Both the position numbers and the translations under genes were made by a program. Of a stretch of DNA of 54,279 bases, positions 38,319-48,600 are shown piece by piece. A model generated the notes under the pieces. That model did no database searches. It saw nothing but the letters and a program-made list of their open reading frames with translations, and was not told where the DNA came from. How positions within the stretch are numbered: the stretch's first letter is position 1; every line of letters begins with the position of its first letter. Source of the stretch: Flavobacteriales bacterium (GTDB lineage: Bacteria > Bacteroidota > Bacteroidia > Flavobacteriales_F > PHOS-HE28); assembly GCA_031421755.1 (NCBI GenBank), contig JANOPI010000208.1, positions 1-54,279 on the forward strand. The letters run 5' to 3'.

Positions 38319-41300
38319 ATGCGTCAGCACCTCGTCCTACTGATCGCCGCGATCGTCCTCGTTCACGGCTGTTCAACCAAGCGCACCGCCATCGACACCT
38401 CCATCCCCCAAGACCCGCGCTGGTCCCCCATTGACTCCCTGGCCGACATCGGGCAGTATGCGAGCGCTCTGTCCATGACGGACACATTGCTCGCTGAAGC
38501 GCGCGCGAACGGCGACTGGCAACTCGAGTTCCGCGCGATGATGACCACCGCCCGCTTCCAGCAGATGACGGGGGTGGAGGACACCACGATCATCGGCGAC
38601 TTCGAGAAGCGCGTGCGCGAGCTCGATGCTCTTTCTCCCCCACCGGGGGAGGCCAGGAGGGGGCGCATTCTCTCCGCATTGCTGCACAGCGTGATCGGCG
38701 AGCAGTACTGGAGCTACTACCGCGACAACCGCTGGGAGATCATGGAGCGCACCGAAGTGGACATGTCATCCCGAGCAGATCGGAACGATCGGACCTCGGC
38801 CCGCAGCGCGGACGATGGGTCGAGGGAGGACATGGCCACATGGAGCCAGCCGGTGTTCATGCGCAAGGTGATCGAAGAGTACCGCGCTTCACTGGTGGAT
38901 GCGGACAGTTTGAAAGCCGTACCTGTCGGCACGATCGAAGGCATCCTCACGCATGATGGCACTCCTCCTTCCCCCCCGGAGAAGGCCGGGATGGGGTACA
39001 GACCCACACTTTTCGACCTGCTCGCCCATCGTGCCCTCGCTGTTTTCCGCAATACCGAAACGCGCATAGCGGAACCCGCATCGCGCTTCAAGCTGAACGA
39101 TGCCCGGCACTTCTCGCTCTTCGAAGACTTCACGTCCCTGCGTTTGGCGAGCACCGACAGCACGAGTTGGGACCTGCAGACCTTGAAGCTCTACAAAGAG
39201 CTGGAGCGCATGCATCTGAACGCGGCGACCCCTGACGCGATGGTGGACAATGCCCTCGCCCGCCTGGCCTTCGTTCGCGAACGGAGCATCTTGCCGGGCA
39301 AAGACTCGCTCTACTTGAACGCGCTGGCAACGCTGGCCTCCCGGCTTCCGAACGACTCATGCCTGAGCGATGTGCTCGTTGCGCAAGCGCGCTGGCACCA
39401 GGAGATGGGCGGCAAGTACCAACGCCTCACCGAAGGGCTGCCCACCGCACCGCCATGGAAGTGGGAGAACAAGCAAGCGCTCGCGTTGTGCGACACGGTC
39501 ATCGTGCGCTATCCCGGCTCCTTCGCGGCGTCGCACGCGGCCAACATCCGGGCCTCGTTGGTGGATGCGCACCTCTCCGTGAACGTGGAGGAAGGCGTGC
39601 TGCCGGACGCGCCGTTCAAAGCGGCCATCACCTACCGCAACACGCCTAAGTTGTGGCTGCGTCTCGTGAAGGATGAATGGAGCACCGACGAGTACTTGCA
39701 GAACAACGGGAACTCCGATGGGGAGAAGCTCGTGGAACGGAAAGCGTTGCGCGAATGGAGCATCGACCTGCCCGATGATGGCGACCTGAACGGGCACTTG
39801 ACCGAGATAGCCGTGGATGGACTGCCGTTCGGGCACTATGCGCTGCTTATCAGCAACACCAGCGCGTTCACACTGAAGGTGGATGACATCGCGTTCGCGC
39901 GCTTCTGGGTCACGAGGCTGGCGATGACGCAGCGGTGGCAGCATGGCGACTTGGACCTGCTGGTGATCGATCGCGGAACAGGCGCACCGAAGGCCGGTGT
40001 CGGTGTCGTGTCGTGGTCGCGTAACTACCGCGACGGCAACGGGTTCGTGCGTTCTTTGGAGAACCTTGTCACCGGCGCGGACGGGTTCATGCGTACGCAC
40101 CTGCGGGGTGCGGAGGGCAGCATCGGCTGGGAACTGCTCGATGGCGAAGACCGGTTCATCAGCTCGCAGACCTGGATCCCGAACGACTACGACGGTCAAC
40201 CAGAAGGAGACCTGCGTACGTTCCTTTTTACCGATCGCGCGATCTACCGCCCCGGCCAACCGGTCATGTTCAAGGGCATCGTCACGCGGAAGAACGCGAA
40301 GACGACTGAAACGGTGCCTGGATTCAAGGCGACCGTGGAGTTCATCGATGTGAACGGCGAGAAGGTGGATTCGATTTCCGTGACGAGCGATGCGTACGGG
40401 TCATTCCACGGGACGTTCACCGCTCCGCAGGGCACGCTCACCGGCAGCATGTCGTTACAGACGCAGAACGGCTCGCAGCAGATACAGGTGGAAGAGTACA
40501 AGCGACCCACCTTCGAAGTGGTGTTCGATCCGATCGCCGGGCAACCGAAGCTCGGTCAAGAAACCGCGGTGACCGGTCTGTCCAAGAGCTACGCGGGTGT
40601 TCCGCTCGATGGTGCCAAGGTGCAATGGACGGTGAAGCGCAGCGCGCGTATGCCTTGGTGGTGCGGCTGGGGGTATCGCGGCTGGTTGCCATGGGGCCGA
40701 AGCACGCAGGTGGCGCAAGGCGAAGCGGAATGCGATGCGCAAGGGAAGTTCGCGGTGAAGTTCATCGCGGAAGCGGACGACGAATTCCCGCGCGGTGCGG
40801 ACCCGATATTCAACTTCACGGTGGAAGCGAGCGTTGTCGACATCAGTGGGGAGACACAGAGCAACAACACGGGCCTGAGCCTCGGCTACAAGAGCATCAC
40901 CATCGAACTTGGCCTGGGTGAAAGTCTCGATCGCTCCAAGGCGGACAGTCTGGACGTGCATGTCGCCAACCTCAACGGCCAGCGCGTGGACGTGCCGATG
41001 GAAATCCGCGTGTTCAAGCTGCAAACGCCGCCTGTGCCGTTGCGCGATCGCCTGTGGGAACGGCCGGACCGCTTCACGCTCACGCGCGAGGAGCACACGG
41101 CGAAGTTCCCGCAGGACGTGTACGGCACTGAGAGCGATCCGCTCACATGGACGCGCGGCACTGAGGTGTTGCAGGAGCTGGGCTATGTCGGCAAGCACCG
41201 GTTGGGCATCCGCGAGGCGGGCGCTTGGGAAGTCGGCAGCTACTTGATCGAGGTGATCGCGAAGGATGCCGGTGGTGAGGAGGTGAAGGTCGCCAAGCAC

Positions 41301-44300
41301 TTCACCGTCTTCGATCCGGGCATCCAGAACACGGGGTTCGTTGGCGATGCGTTCCATGCCGAGCTGCTGGAGCCACGCGTTGAGCCGGGCGGCAAAGCGG
41401 AACTGTTGCTGAGCAGCGCCTTGCGTGAAGGGCGCGTGCTCATGGAAGTGGAGCGCGGGGGCAAGATCGCCGTGAGCCGCTGGTTCAGCCTGAAGAACAC
41501 ACAGCAGCTGGTGGAGCTGCCGGTGATGCAAGAGGACCGGGGCGGCTTCACGGTACACCTGACCTGTGTCGAACGCGGCCTCCTGCACAATGAGAGCGTG
41601 TTCATCGAGGTGCCGTGGACGAACAAGGAGCTGAAGGTGGAGTGGATGAGCTTCCGCGACAAGCTGCTACCGGGCAGCGAGGAGGAATGGCGCTTGAAGA
41701 TCACGGGCAGCAAAGGCGAGAAGGTGGCCGCGCAGCTGCTTGGCGCGATGTACGATGCCTCGCTGGACCACTTCGTGGCGCATGGTTGGGACATGAGCAT
41801 CTGGCAGAACAACTACGCGCAGCTCGGCTGGCAGCGGCAGGAGCCGTTCGGTGCGGCAGGTGGGCAGCAGATCTGGAGGGAGCGGCGGTATCCAAGTGCT
41901 ATGTCGCGCACCTATCCTGAGTTGAACAACTTCGGCTACGCGCATGAATTCGAGCGCAGGCGTTTCGCTTTTCGGGGTGGAGTATCGGATGGTGCGGAAA
42001 TGATGATGGTCGCCAGCGCTGTCGCCGCTCCGGCTAAACCGGTGGATGGCGATGCCCTGGAAGAGAAGAACGATGAGGACAAGGAAGAAGGCATTGCGGC
42101 TAAGCCAGCGTCAGCAGCCGGACAACCAACAACCGACAACCAAAAACCGCTCCGCAGCGACTTCCGCGAGACCTCCTTCTTCTTCCCCGACCTGCTCACG
42201 GACCGTGACGGCAGCATCGTACTGCGCTTCAAGACGCCCGACGCGCTCACGCGTTGGAAAGTCATGGGCTTGGCCCACACGAAGGACCTGCAACTGGCAC
42301 AGTTCACGCGTGAGACCGTTACGCAGAAGCCGTTGATGGTCGTTCCCAACCTGCCGCGCTTCTTGCGTAGCGGTGACAGGATCATGCTCACAGCGAAGAT
42401 CAATGTGATCGAGCAGGGAAGGGCGGAAGGACTCGCCTCATTGGAGTTGTTCGACCCGTACACGGACAAACCGCTGAACAAGGCGTTCGATCTCCGTGTC
42501 GCGGCCAAGTCCTTCGTTGCGGCGATCGGTGAGAGCGCTGTGGTGGAGTGGAGCATCGTCGTTCCCGAAGGTGTGGACGTTTGCGGGATCCGCATCACCG
42601 CACAGAGCAAAGGCGGCCCGCGCGGTAGCATCGTCGCATCGGACGGTGAAGAGCGTGCCTTGCCCGTACTCACTGACAAAGTGCTCGTGACCGAAAGCGT
42701 CCCGCTCTGGTCCAACAAGGCAGGCACCCGAACCTTCAAACTTTCCAACCTTCTAACGGCCTCGAGTTCGAGCACGCTGAGGCACCAGTCATTGAAGCTC
42801 GAGTACACCCCGAACCCTGCGTGGTATGCCGTGCAAGCGTTGCCGTACTTGATGGAGTTCCCGCATGAATGCGCAGAGCAAACATTCAGCCGGTACTATG
42901 CGAACCGCTTGGCTACGCACATCGTCGAGCAACGACCTGCGATCAAGAAGGTCTTCGAGCAATGGCGCGCCTCCCTCCCCTCCGGGGAGGGTCGGGGTGG
43001 GGTAGTAGCCTTCGCCAGCAAACTCGAGAAGAACCCGGAACTGAAGAACATACTGCTCGCCGAATCGCCCTGGGTGGTGAACGCGCGTAGCGAACGGGAG
43101 AGCAAGGAGCGCATCGCGTTGCTGTTCGATCTGCAGCGCATGAGCACAGAGGAGGCCGTTGCGTTGAAGAAGCTGCGCGACTTACAACTGCCCAGTGGCG
43201 CATGGCCGTGGTGGAGCGGCATGGGCGAGAGCCGATGGATCACCCAGCACATCGTAGCGGGGCTGGGCCACTTGGAGGTCCTGAAGGCGACCGGTCGTGG
43301 TGATGGCCAGACACAAGCGATGCTGAAGCGTGCGGTGGATTGGTTGGACCAAGATGCCGGAAGGGAACATGCGATGATGACCAAGCGCATCAGCAAGGAA
43401 GAGTTGGAGAAGTACCGGCCGGGCTACACGGAGGTCCATTACCTGTATGCAAGGAGCCTTTTCCAACGTTGGCCTTTCGATGGGGAAGCGAACACCGTTG
43501 CACACTTCTATCAAGAGCGCGCCGCGAGGGATTGGCTCAGCTACGGGCTGCAGGAACAAGCGATGCTCGCGCTGGCCCTGCACCGCTTGGGCGACCGCAC
43601 GACACCGGCGCGCATCTTGGAGTCACTGAAGCAGCGCGCTATCCGGAGCGAAGAGCTCGGCATGCATTGGAAGGACTTCGCCAGTGGCATGGAATGGAAC
43701 AGCTTCCCGGCGGAAACGCATGTGTTGATGATCGAAGCCTTCCACGAGGTGGCCAAGGACGGAACCAGCGTGAATGACTTGCGAACGTATCTCCTGAAGC
43801 TGAAGCAGACCACGGACTGGAAGACCACCAAGGCCACCGCCGAAGCGTGCTATGCGTTGTTGCTCACGGGCGACAACTGGCTGGACGAAGCGCAAGCACC
43901 GGTGATCACCGTCGGCAGCGAAACCGTGAAGGCGGACCGAACGGAGGCAGGTACCGGTGCCATTGAGCAGGTCTGGACCGCGACGAATATCAAGCCGCTG
44001 ATGGGCAACGTGACCATCACCAGCAAGGCCGACAAGCCGTCTTGGGGCGCACTGCACTGGCAATACTTCGAGCGCATGGACAAGGTGAAGCCGCACGAGA
44101 GCCCGTTCAGCATCAAGAAGAAGGTACTTCTGACACGACAAGGGGATACGGGTCCGAAGCTCCTCGCGCTGGAAGGACAGAAGCTGAAGGCCGGCGACAA
44201 GCTCACCATGCGTATCGAGCTGCGCACGGACCGCTACGTGGACTATGTACACATGAAGGACCTGCGCGCTTCTGGCCTGGAGCCGACGGAGACCTTGAGC

Positions 44301-44525
44301 GGCTACAAGTACCAAGGCGGCCTCGGTTACTACCAGAGCATCCGGGATGCGAGCACCAACTTCTTCTTCGACCGCATCGCACCGGGCACCTACATATTCG
44401 AGTACGCGTTGCGCGTAACGCACGCGGGCGAGTTCAGCAACGGCATCACCACGGCCATGTGCATGTACGCACCGGAGTTCTCATCGCACAGCGAGGGTGT
44501 GCGTATCAATGTTCAGAGCGAATGA
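38319..44525 (+). CDS. Alpha-2-macroglobulin family lipoprotein (2068 aa) with a thioester motif.
   Basis: Lipobox VHGC at the N-terminus and MG-domain-like repeats. It has a bait-region-like acidic linker followed by FRETSFFFPDL. The thioester motif CAEQ lies at 42870-42881 in YLMEFPHECAEQTFSRYYAN. Confidence 0.85.
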   Translation: MRQHLVLLIAAIVLVHGCSTKRTAIDTSIPQDPRWSPIDSLADIGQYASALSMTDTLLAEARANGDWQLEFRAMMTTARFQQMTGVEDTTIIGDFEKRVRELDALSPPPGEARRGRILSALLHSVIGEQYWSYYRDNRWEIMERTEVDMSSRADRNDRTSARSADDGSREDMATWSQPVFMRKVIEEYRASLVDADSLKAVPVGTIEGILTHDGTPPSPPEKAGMGYRPTLFDLLAHRALAVFRNTETRIAEPASRFKLNDARHFSLFEDFTSLRLASTDSTSWDLQTLKLYKELERMHLNAATPDAMVDNALARLAFVRERSILPGKDSLYLNALATLASRLPNDSCLSDVLVAQARWHQEMGGKYQRLTEGLPTAPPWKWENKQALALCDTVIVRYPGSFAASHAANIRASLVDAHLSVNVEEGVLPDAPFKAAITYRNTPKLWLRLVKDEWSTDEYLQNNGNSDGEKLVERKALREWSIDLPDDGDLNGHLTEIAVDGLPFGHYALLISNTSAFTLKVDDIAFARFWVTRLAMTQRWQHGDLDLLVIDRGTGAPKAGVGVVSWSRNYRDGNGFVRSLENLVTGADGFMRTHLRGAEGSIGWELLDGEDRFISSQTWIPNDYDGQPEGDLRTFLFTDRAIYRPGQPVMFKGIVTRKNAKTTETVPGFKATVEFIDVNGEKVDSISVTSDAYGSFHGTFTAPQGTLTGSMSLQTQNGSQQIQVEEYKRPTFEVVFDPIAGQPKLGQETAVTGLSKSYAGVPLDGAKVQWTVKRSARMPWWCGWGYRGWLPWGRSTQVAQGEAECDAQGKFAVKFIAEADDEFPRGADPIFNFTVEASVVDISGETQSNNTGLSLGYKSITIELGLGESLDRSKADSLDVHVANLNGQRVDVPMEIRVFKLQTPPVPLRDRLWERPDRFTLTREEHTAKFPQDVYGTESDPLTWTRGTEVLQELGYVGKHRLGIREAGAWEVGSYLIEVIAKDAGGEEVKVAKHFTVFDPGIQNTGFVGDAFHAELLEPRVEPGGKAELLLSSALREGRVLMEVERGGKIAVSRWFSLKNTQQLVELPVMQEDRGGFTVHLTCVERGLLHNESVFIEVPWTNKELKVEWMSFRDKLLPGSEEEWRLKITGSKGEKVAAQLLGAMYDASLDHFVAHGWDMSIWQNNYAQLGWQRQEPFGAAGGQQIWRERRYPSAMSRTYPELNNFGYAHEFERRRFAFRGGVSDGAEMMMVASAVAAPAKPVDGDALEEKNDEDKEEGIAAKPASAAGQPTTDNQKPLRSDFRETSFFFPDLLTDRDGSIVLRFKTPDALTRWKVMGLAHTKDLQLAQFTRETVTQKPLMVVPNLPRFLRSGDRIMLTAKINVIEQGRAEGLASLELFDPYTDKPLNKAFDLRVAAKSFVAAIGESAVVEWSIVVPEGVDVCGIRITAQSKGGPRGSIVASDGEERALPVLTDKVLVTESVPLWSNKAGTRTFKLSNLLTASSSSTLRHQSLKLEYTPNPAWYAVQALPYLMEFPHECAEQTFSRYYANRLATHIVEQRPAIKKVFEQWRASLPSGEGRGGVVAFASKLEKNPELKNILLAESPWVVNARSERESKERIALLFDLQRMSTEEAVALKKLRDLQLPSGAWPWWSGMGESRWITQHIVAGLGHLEVLKATGRGDGQTQAMLKRAVDWLDQDAGREHAMMTKRISKEELEKYRPGYTEVHYLYARSLFQRWPFDGEANTVAHFYQERAARDWLSYGLQEQAMLALALHRLGDRTTPARILESLKQRAIRSEELGMHWKDFASGMEWNSFPAETHVLMIEAFHEVAKDGTSVNDLRTYLLKLKQTTDWKTTKATAEACYALLLTGDNWLDEAQAPVITVGSETVKADRTEAGTGAIEQVWTATNIKPLMGNVTITSKADKPSWGALHWQYFERMDKVKPHESPFSIKKKVLLTRQGDTGPKLLALEGQKLKAGDKLTMRIELRTDRYVDYVHMKDLRASGLEPTETLSGYKYQGGLGYYQSIRDASTNFFFDRIAPGTYIFEYALRVTHAGEFSNGITTAMCMYAPEFSSHSEGVRINVQSE
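38631..38665 (+). repeat. Family-1-like element, in-frame inside the A2M gene (copy 1).
   Basis: CTTTCTCCCCCACCGGGGGAGGCCAGGAGGGGGC has a perfect 7-bp stem (CTCCCCC/GGGGGAG) and encodes LSPPPGEARRGR. Confidence 0.6.
38963..38997 (+). repeat. Family-1-like element, in-frame inside the A2M gene (copy 2, degenerate).
   Basis: CTCCTCCTTCCCCCCCGGAGAAGGCCGGGATGGGGT encodes PPSPPEKAGMGY. Confidence 0.5.
42118..42150 (+). repeat. Half-copy of the heptad element, in-frame inside the A2M linker.
   Basis: The sequence is CCGGACAACCAACAACCGACAACCAAAAACCGC. The reverse complement of the left arm at 27967-27998 is CCGGACAACCAGCAACCGACAACTGACAACGC. The half-copy encodes GQPTTDNQKP. Confidence 0.6.
42970..43003 (+). 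repeat. Family-1 element, in-frame inside the A2M gene (copy 3).
   Basis: CCTCCCTCCCCTCCGGGGAGGGTCGGGGTGGGGT has a perfect 8-bp stem (CCCTCCCC/GGGGAGGG) and encodes SLPSGEGRGGV. Confidence 0.75.
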
Positions 44526-45130
44526 AGACACCACACGTACTACTGGTCACGGCCATCCTTTGCACAGGCATACCAGCTGACGCGCAAGTGCAGGTTGCTT
44601 GGCGCGACAGCCTCGCCGCCTACTGGGCACACCTCGATGCCGATTACGCCGATAGCGCGACCTCGCCGCTTACCGCTGAGGACCGCGCGCATTTCCAACA
44701 CCTGGAGCACTTCCCGTTCGACAGTAGTTATTGCGTGAAGGCTTCGTTCACGCCTGTGCAGAAGGCCGAACCCTTCGCCATGAAGACCACGAAGACGCGC
44801 ACGCCGATGTACAAGGCCCACGGGACGTTGCGCTTTCTATTGAATGGCGAGGAGCGGACCCTCACAGTGTACGAGAGCGTGCCTCCGCATCCGGGATATG
44901 AGAACGACATGTTCCTTCCGTTCACGGATCTGACGAACGGGAGCGAGACGTACGGTATTGGCCGCTACCTCGACCTGCGCGCACCGCTGGACAGTGTGAT
45001 CGCACTCGACTTCAACAAGGCGTACAGTCCGTACTGCGCATACAACGACAAGTACAGCTGCCCGGTGCCGCCAAGCCAGAACCACTTGACCACCAAAGTG
45101 CGTGCAGGGGTGTTGAAGTACCACGATTGA
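44522..45130 (+). CDS. DUF1684 domain-containing protein.
   Basis: Signal peptide MKTPHVLLVTAILC. The C-terminus (FLPFTDLTNGSETYGIGRYLDL...LDFNKAYSPYCAYNDKYSCPVPPSQN) matches my memory of DUF1684. It shares an ATGA overlap with the A2M stop. Confidence 0.75.
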   Translation: MKTPHVLLVTAILCTGIPADAQVQVAWRDSLAAYWAHLDADYADSATSPLTAEDRAHFQHLEHFPFDSSYCVKASFTPVQKAEPFAMKTTKTRTPMYKAHGTLRFLLNGEERTLTVYESVPPHPGYENDMFLPFTDLTNGSETYGIGRYLDLRAPLDSVIALDFNKAYSPYCAYNDKYSCPVPPSQNHLTTKVRAGVLKYHD

Positions 45131-45614
45131 AGGAGGGTTGAGGCGTTAGCGCAATGTTTTGAAGCGGGGTGTGCTCCGCCATTCACCAACGACCGATCAC
45201 CATTCGCCTCTCTACACGCCGCGTTTTGTTTCTGGCCTCTCCTTCGGCGTGTTCTCCGCCCGCACGATGGCTTCCGGGTTCTTCATCCGCTCATAGACCA
45301 GCAATTGACCGGTGCTGCGTGGAACAATCCGCCCTGCCCGTGGACCTTGACATCCGGTAGCGGCGCGGTCGAAGAAAAGTCAATCCAGTGGCGGCTTAAG
45401 TGGTCGCGAGCACGGGTGGCAGATGCGGAAGCCGCGAGGTGCGATCACCTTGATACCGGATGGCCACAGGAAAGCAGAAGCGGACGGTTTGATGGCCGCT
45501 GATGAATCCAATTTACCGTGTCGTTTTCCCTTTCTGTCGAGTGCAGCCCTCGACTTGTGGGAGCGATCCCTCTATTTTGCCCCCTTTCCAGAAACCGTCC
45601 TTGCCGCGCTGACC

Positions 45615-48600
45615 ATGAAGTACGTTCTAGCTATTGCCATTGTCGCCTCCTGCGGCTTAGTAACCCACGCCCAGACCCAAGCCCCCATGGCCCGCCCATT
45701 ACCGGGTGGTCAGGTGGAGATCAGCATCGACCGGGAAGTCCCCGTAGAATTCCTCGGCACCGTGCAACCCTTTACCAGCTGGGATAGCACGCAGGTGTTC
45801 CCGAACGTGCCGGTACGGGACCGGAACGGGTTGTTGGTGAAGCGGTATCCCCCGGGCACCAAAGCTTCGCGCCTGCACGACCATGTGGACCCGACCGCAC
45901 AGCCGCTCGGCCAAGACCCTGCGCTCCAAACAGCGGGCCCGTTGCACGGCTTCGAGCGGGCTGTGGACATCAGTGTGGATGGCATCGTGAACTCCGGTGT
46001 GAACCCACCGGACCCGTGCTTGGCCGTGGGTCCGAACCATGTTATCCAGATGATCAACGGATCGGGTGGCGCGTATTTCCGGATCTGTGACAAGAGCTTG
46101 GCCACCATCGGTGCTGCGCAGACCTACATGGACAATTTCCTCGCGGCGCAATTGAGCTACAGTGGATTGGGCGATCCCGTCGTGGTGTACGATGCCTTGG
46201 CGGACCGCTGGTTGATCAGCGAGTTCACCAGTAACAACAACAACCTGATCGTCGCCATTTCCCAAACGCCCAATCCTACGGGGGCATGGTACGTGTACAG
46301 CTACACCGCCACCAACTTCCCGGACTACCCGAAGTACGGCGTATGGAACAATTGCTACGTGGTTACAAGTAACGAGAGCAGCCCGGCCATCTATGCGTTG
46401 CCACGCGCGAACATGCTGGCGGGCACCGCGGGCACGGCGGTGCGTTTCACCGTTTCGTCCTATGCCACCATCGGTTTCCAGGCCTGCACCCCCGTACACT
46501 TCGGCGGCGGCGATGCGCCCCCGGCAGGTGCCCCCGCGATGTTCATGCGCATGGCCGATGACGCATGGACCACGAGCACCACGGATGTGGACCGCCTGGA
46601 GCTGTGGAACATCAACTACAACGCGGGCACCCCGGCTAGTTCCACCATCAGTGGCCCCACCGCGCTGAACACCGAGGCGTTCGACACCGGCCTGTGCGGC
46701 TACACCTCATTCGCCTGCATGAACCAGCCTGGCAGCGCCACCACGCTCGATCCCCTGCGTGAGGTACTGATGAACCGTATCTCTTATCGCAACCTCACCG
46801 CTACACAAGGCTACGAAGCCATCGCCTGCAGCCATGTCACCGATGTGAGCTTCGGCTCGGACCGGGGTGGTGTCCGCTGGTATGAATTGCACCGGACGGG
46901 CGGATCGGCCAACCCATGGAGCCTCTACCAACAGGGTACGTATTCACCTGACGCGAACGACCGATGGATGAGCGGCATCGCCATCAACCAGAACGGCGAC
47001 ATCGGGCTGTGCTACAACATCAGTGGAACCACAGGCGGCAATGTGTATCCGGGGATCCGCTACACCGGTCGCTACCGTGCAGACCCCTTGGGGCAGATGA
47101 CCTTCGCCGAGACGACCATCGTGGCGGGCGCCGCCAGCAATAGCAGCAACCGCTATGGTGATTATGCTTCGTTGGACGTTGATCCGGCCGACGGCACCTC
47201 CTTCTACGGTACCGCACAATACAATCCCGCCGCAGCCTGGAGCACGCGCATGTTCAAATTCTCCATCGTGCCATTGGGGTGTACACATCCTACGGCGAGC
47301 AGGAGCACCGCCGATAACTGCGGGGCGGGCACCTTCGATCTGTCGGTGACCATCGGCAGCAATGGGGATTCGCCGGATTACGATGTGTACACGAGCGTGA
47401 ACGGTGCTGGCCAGACCTTCAACAGCACACGCACCCCCGGCACCTACCTCATCGGCACGTACGCGTTCGGTACCGCCGTTGTGGTACAGGTTCGCCACAA
47501 CGGCGATCCAGCGTGCGACCAGACCCTGGCGACCGCCACTTCCACCGGTACCAGCTGTTGCACGGCGCCTACGGCCACTGTTCCGGTGACCTGTCTCGGT
47601 CTCACGCAATACCAGTTCAACGTGAACCTCACCGCGTTGGGCAGCGCCACGAGCATCGCTATCCAAGTGGACAATGACGCAGGTGGCCCGAACGGGTACA
47701 CCACGCTCCAGACCGTAACAGGAACAGGCACATATGGTCCATTCGGGCCTTACGCCACGAGTGCCGCGGTACACGTGCGGCTAGTGCATGACCTGTTCGC
47801 GCAGTGTAGCCTCGACCTGAACAATGTGGTGGGCAATTGCAACAGCCCCGGAGCGGGGTGTGTATACAACAATACCACCACCACGAACATCGTGGACAAT
47901 ACCACCGTCACCAACACCATCATCGTTCCCGCACTCGGCGGTGCGACCATCATCGACCTCAACGTGTACGTAAACATCACACATACGTGGACATCGGACC
48001 TGCGCCTTTCCTTGCAGAGCCCCACGGGCACGATCATCAACATGATAGCGTCCGGACTTTGCACCAACAGTGACAACATCATCGCGGAGTTCGACCAGCA
48101 GGCCGCCAGCCTGATCGGCGCGGTATGCCCGATGAACAACATCTTCGCGCGGCCATCCGCCACTTTCGGGGGCTTCAACGGGCAGGTGATGGAGGGCACA
48201 TGGACCCTGCGTGTGCAGGATGTCGCTACCCAGGATGCGGGTTCCATCAACAGTTGGTGCTTGATCCCCACGCTATCGAGTCCCAACATCCTGGTATCTC
48301 CCAAGGTATTCTTGGAAGGTCCGTACAGCACGGGCACGGGCCTGATGAGCGATGCGCTGCGCGCGGCTTCATTCATTCCGGCCTCAGAGCCGTACACCGG
48401 CTTGGGCTACACGTTCACTGGCGCGCCGGGTGCGGGCGGCTCGCTCGGTGCGGGTGTGCTCACCGTTACCGGCAACAACGCGATCGTTGACTGGGCCATC
48501 GTGGAGTTGCGCACCGCCGCATCACCTGCGGTGGTCGCGGCCAGCTGCGCGGCGCTCGTTCAATGTGATGGTGATGTCGTCGCACTGGATGGTTCATCGC

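Noticed and set aside
44042-44521. An upstream extension of the DUF1684 ORF (362 aa in the track). Similar upstream extensions exist at 26993-27079, 27984-28049, 34026-34082, 31115-31168 and 45423-45614.
   Set aside because: The extensions overlap the preceding gene or intergenic repeats, lack signal-peptide or family features, and internal Met codons give canonical N-termini.
45190-45480. Minus-strand protein-like stretches (..LPDVKVHGQGGLFHAAPV.. and ..QLLVYERMKNPEAIVRAENTPKE..) that could be a pseudogene.
   Set aside because: There is no start codon, the two segments are out of frame, I recognise no family, and ORFs of this length arise by chance at about 60% GC. I kept it only as a note within the long-intergenic-region finding.
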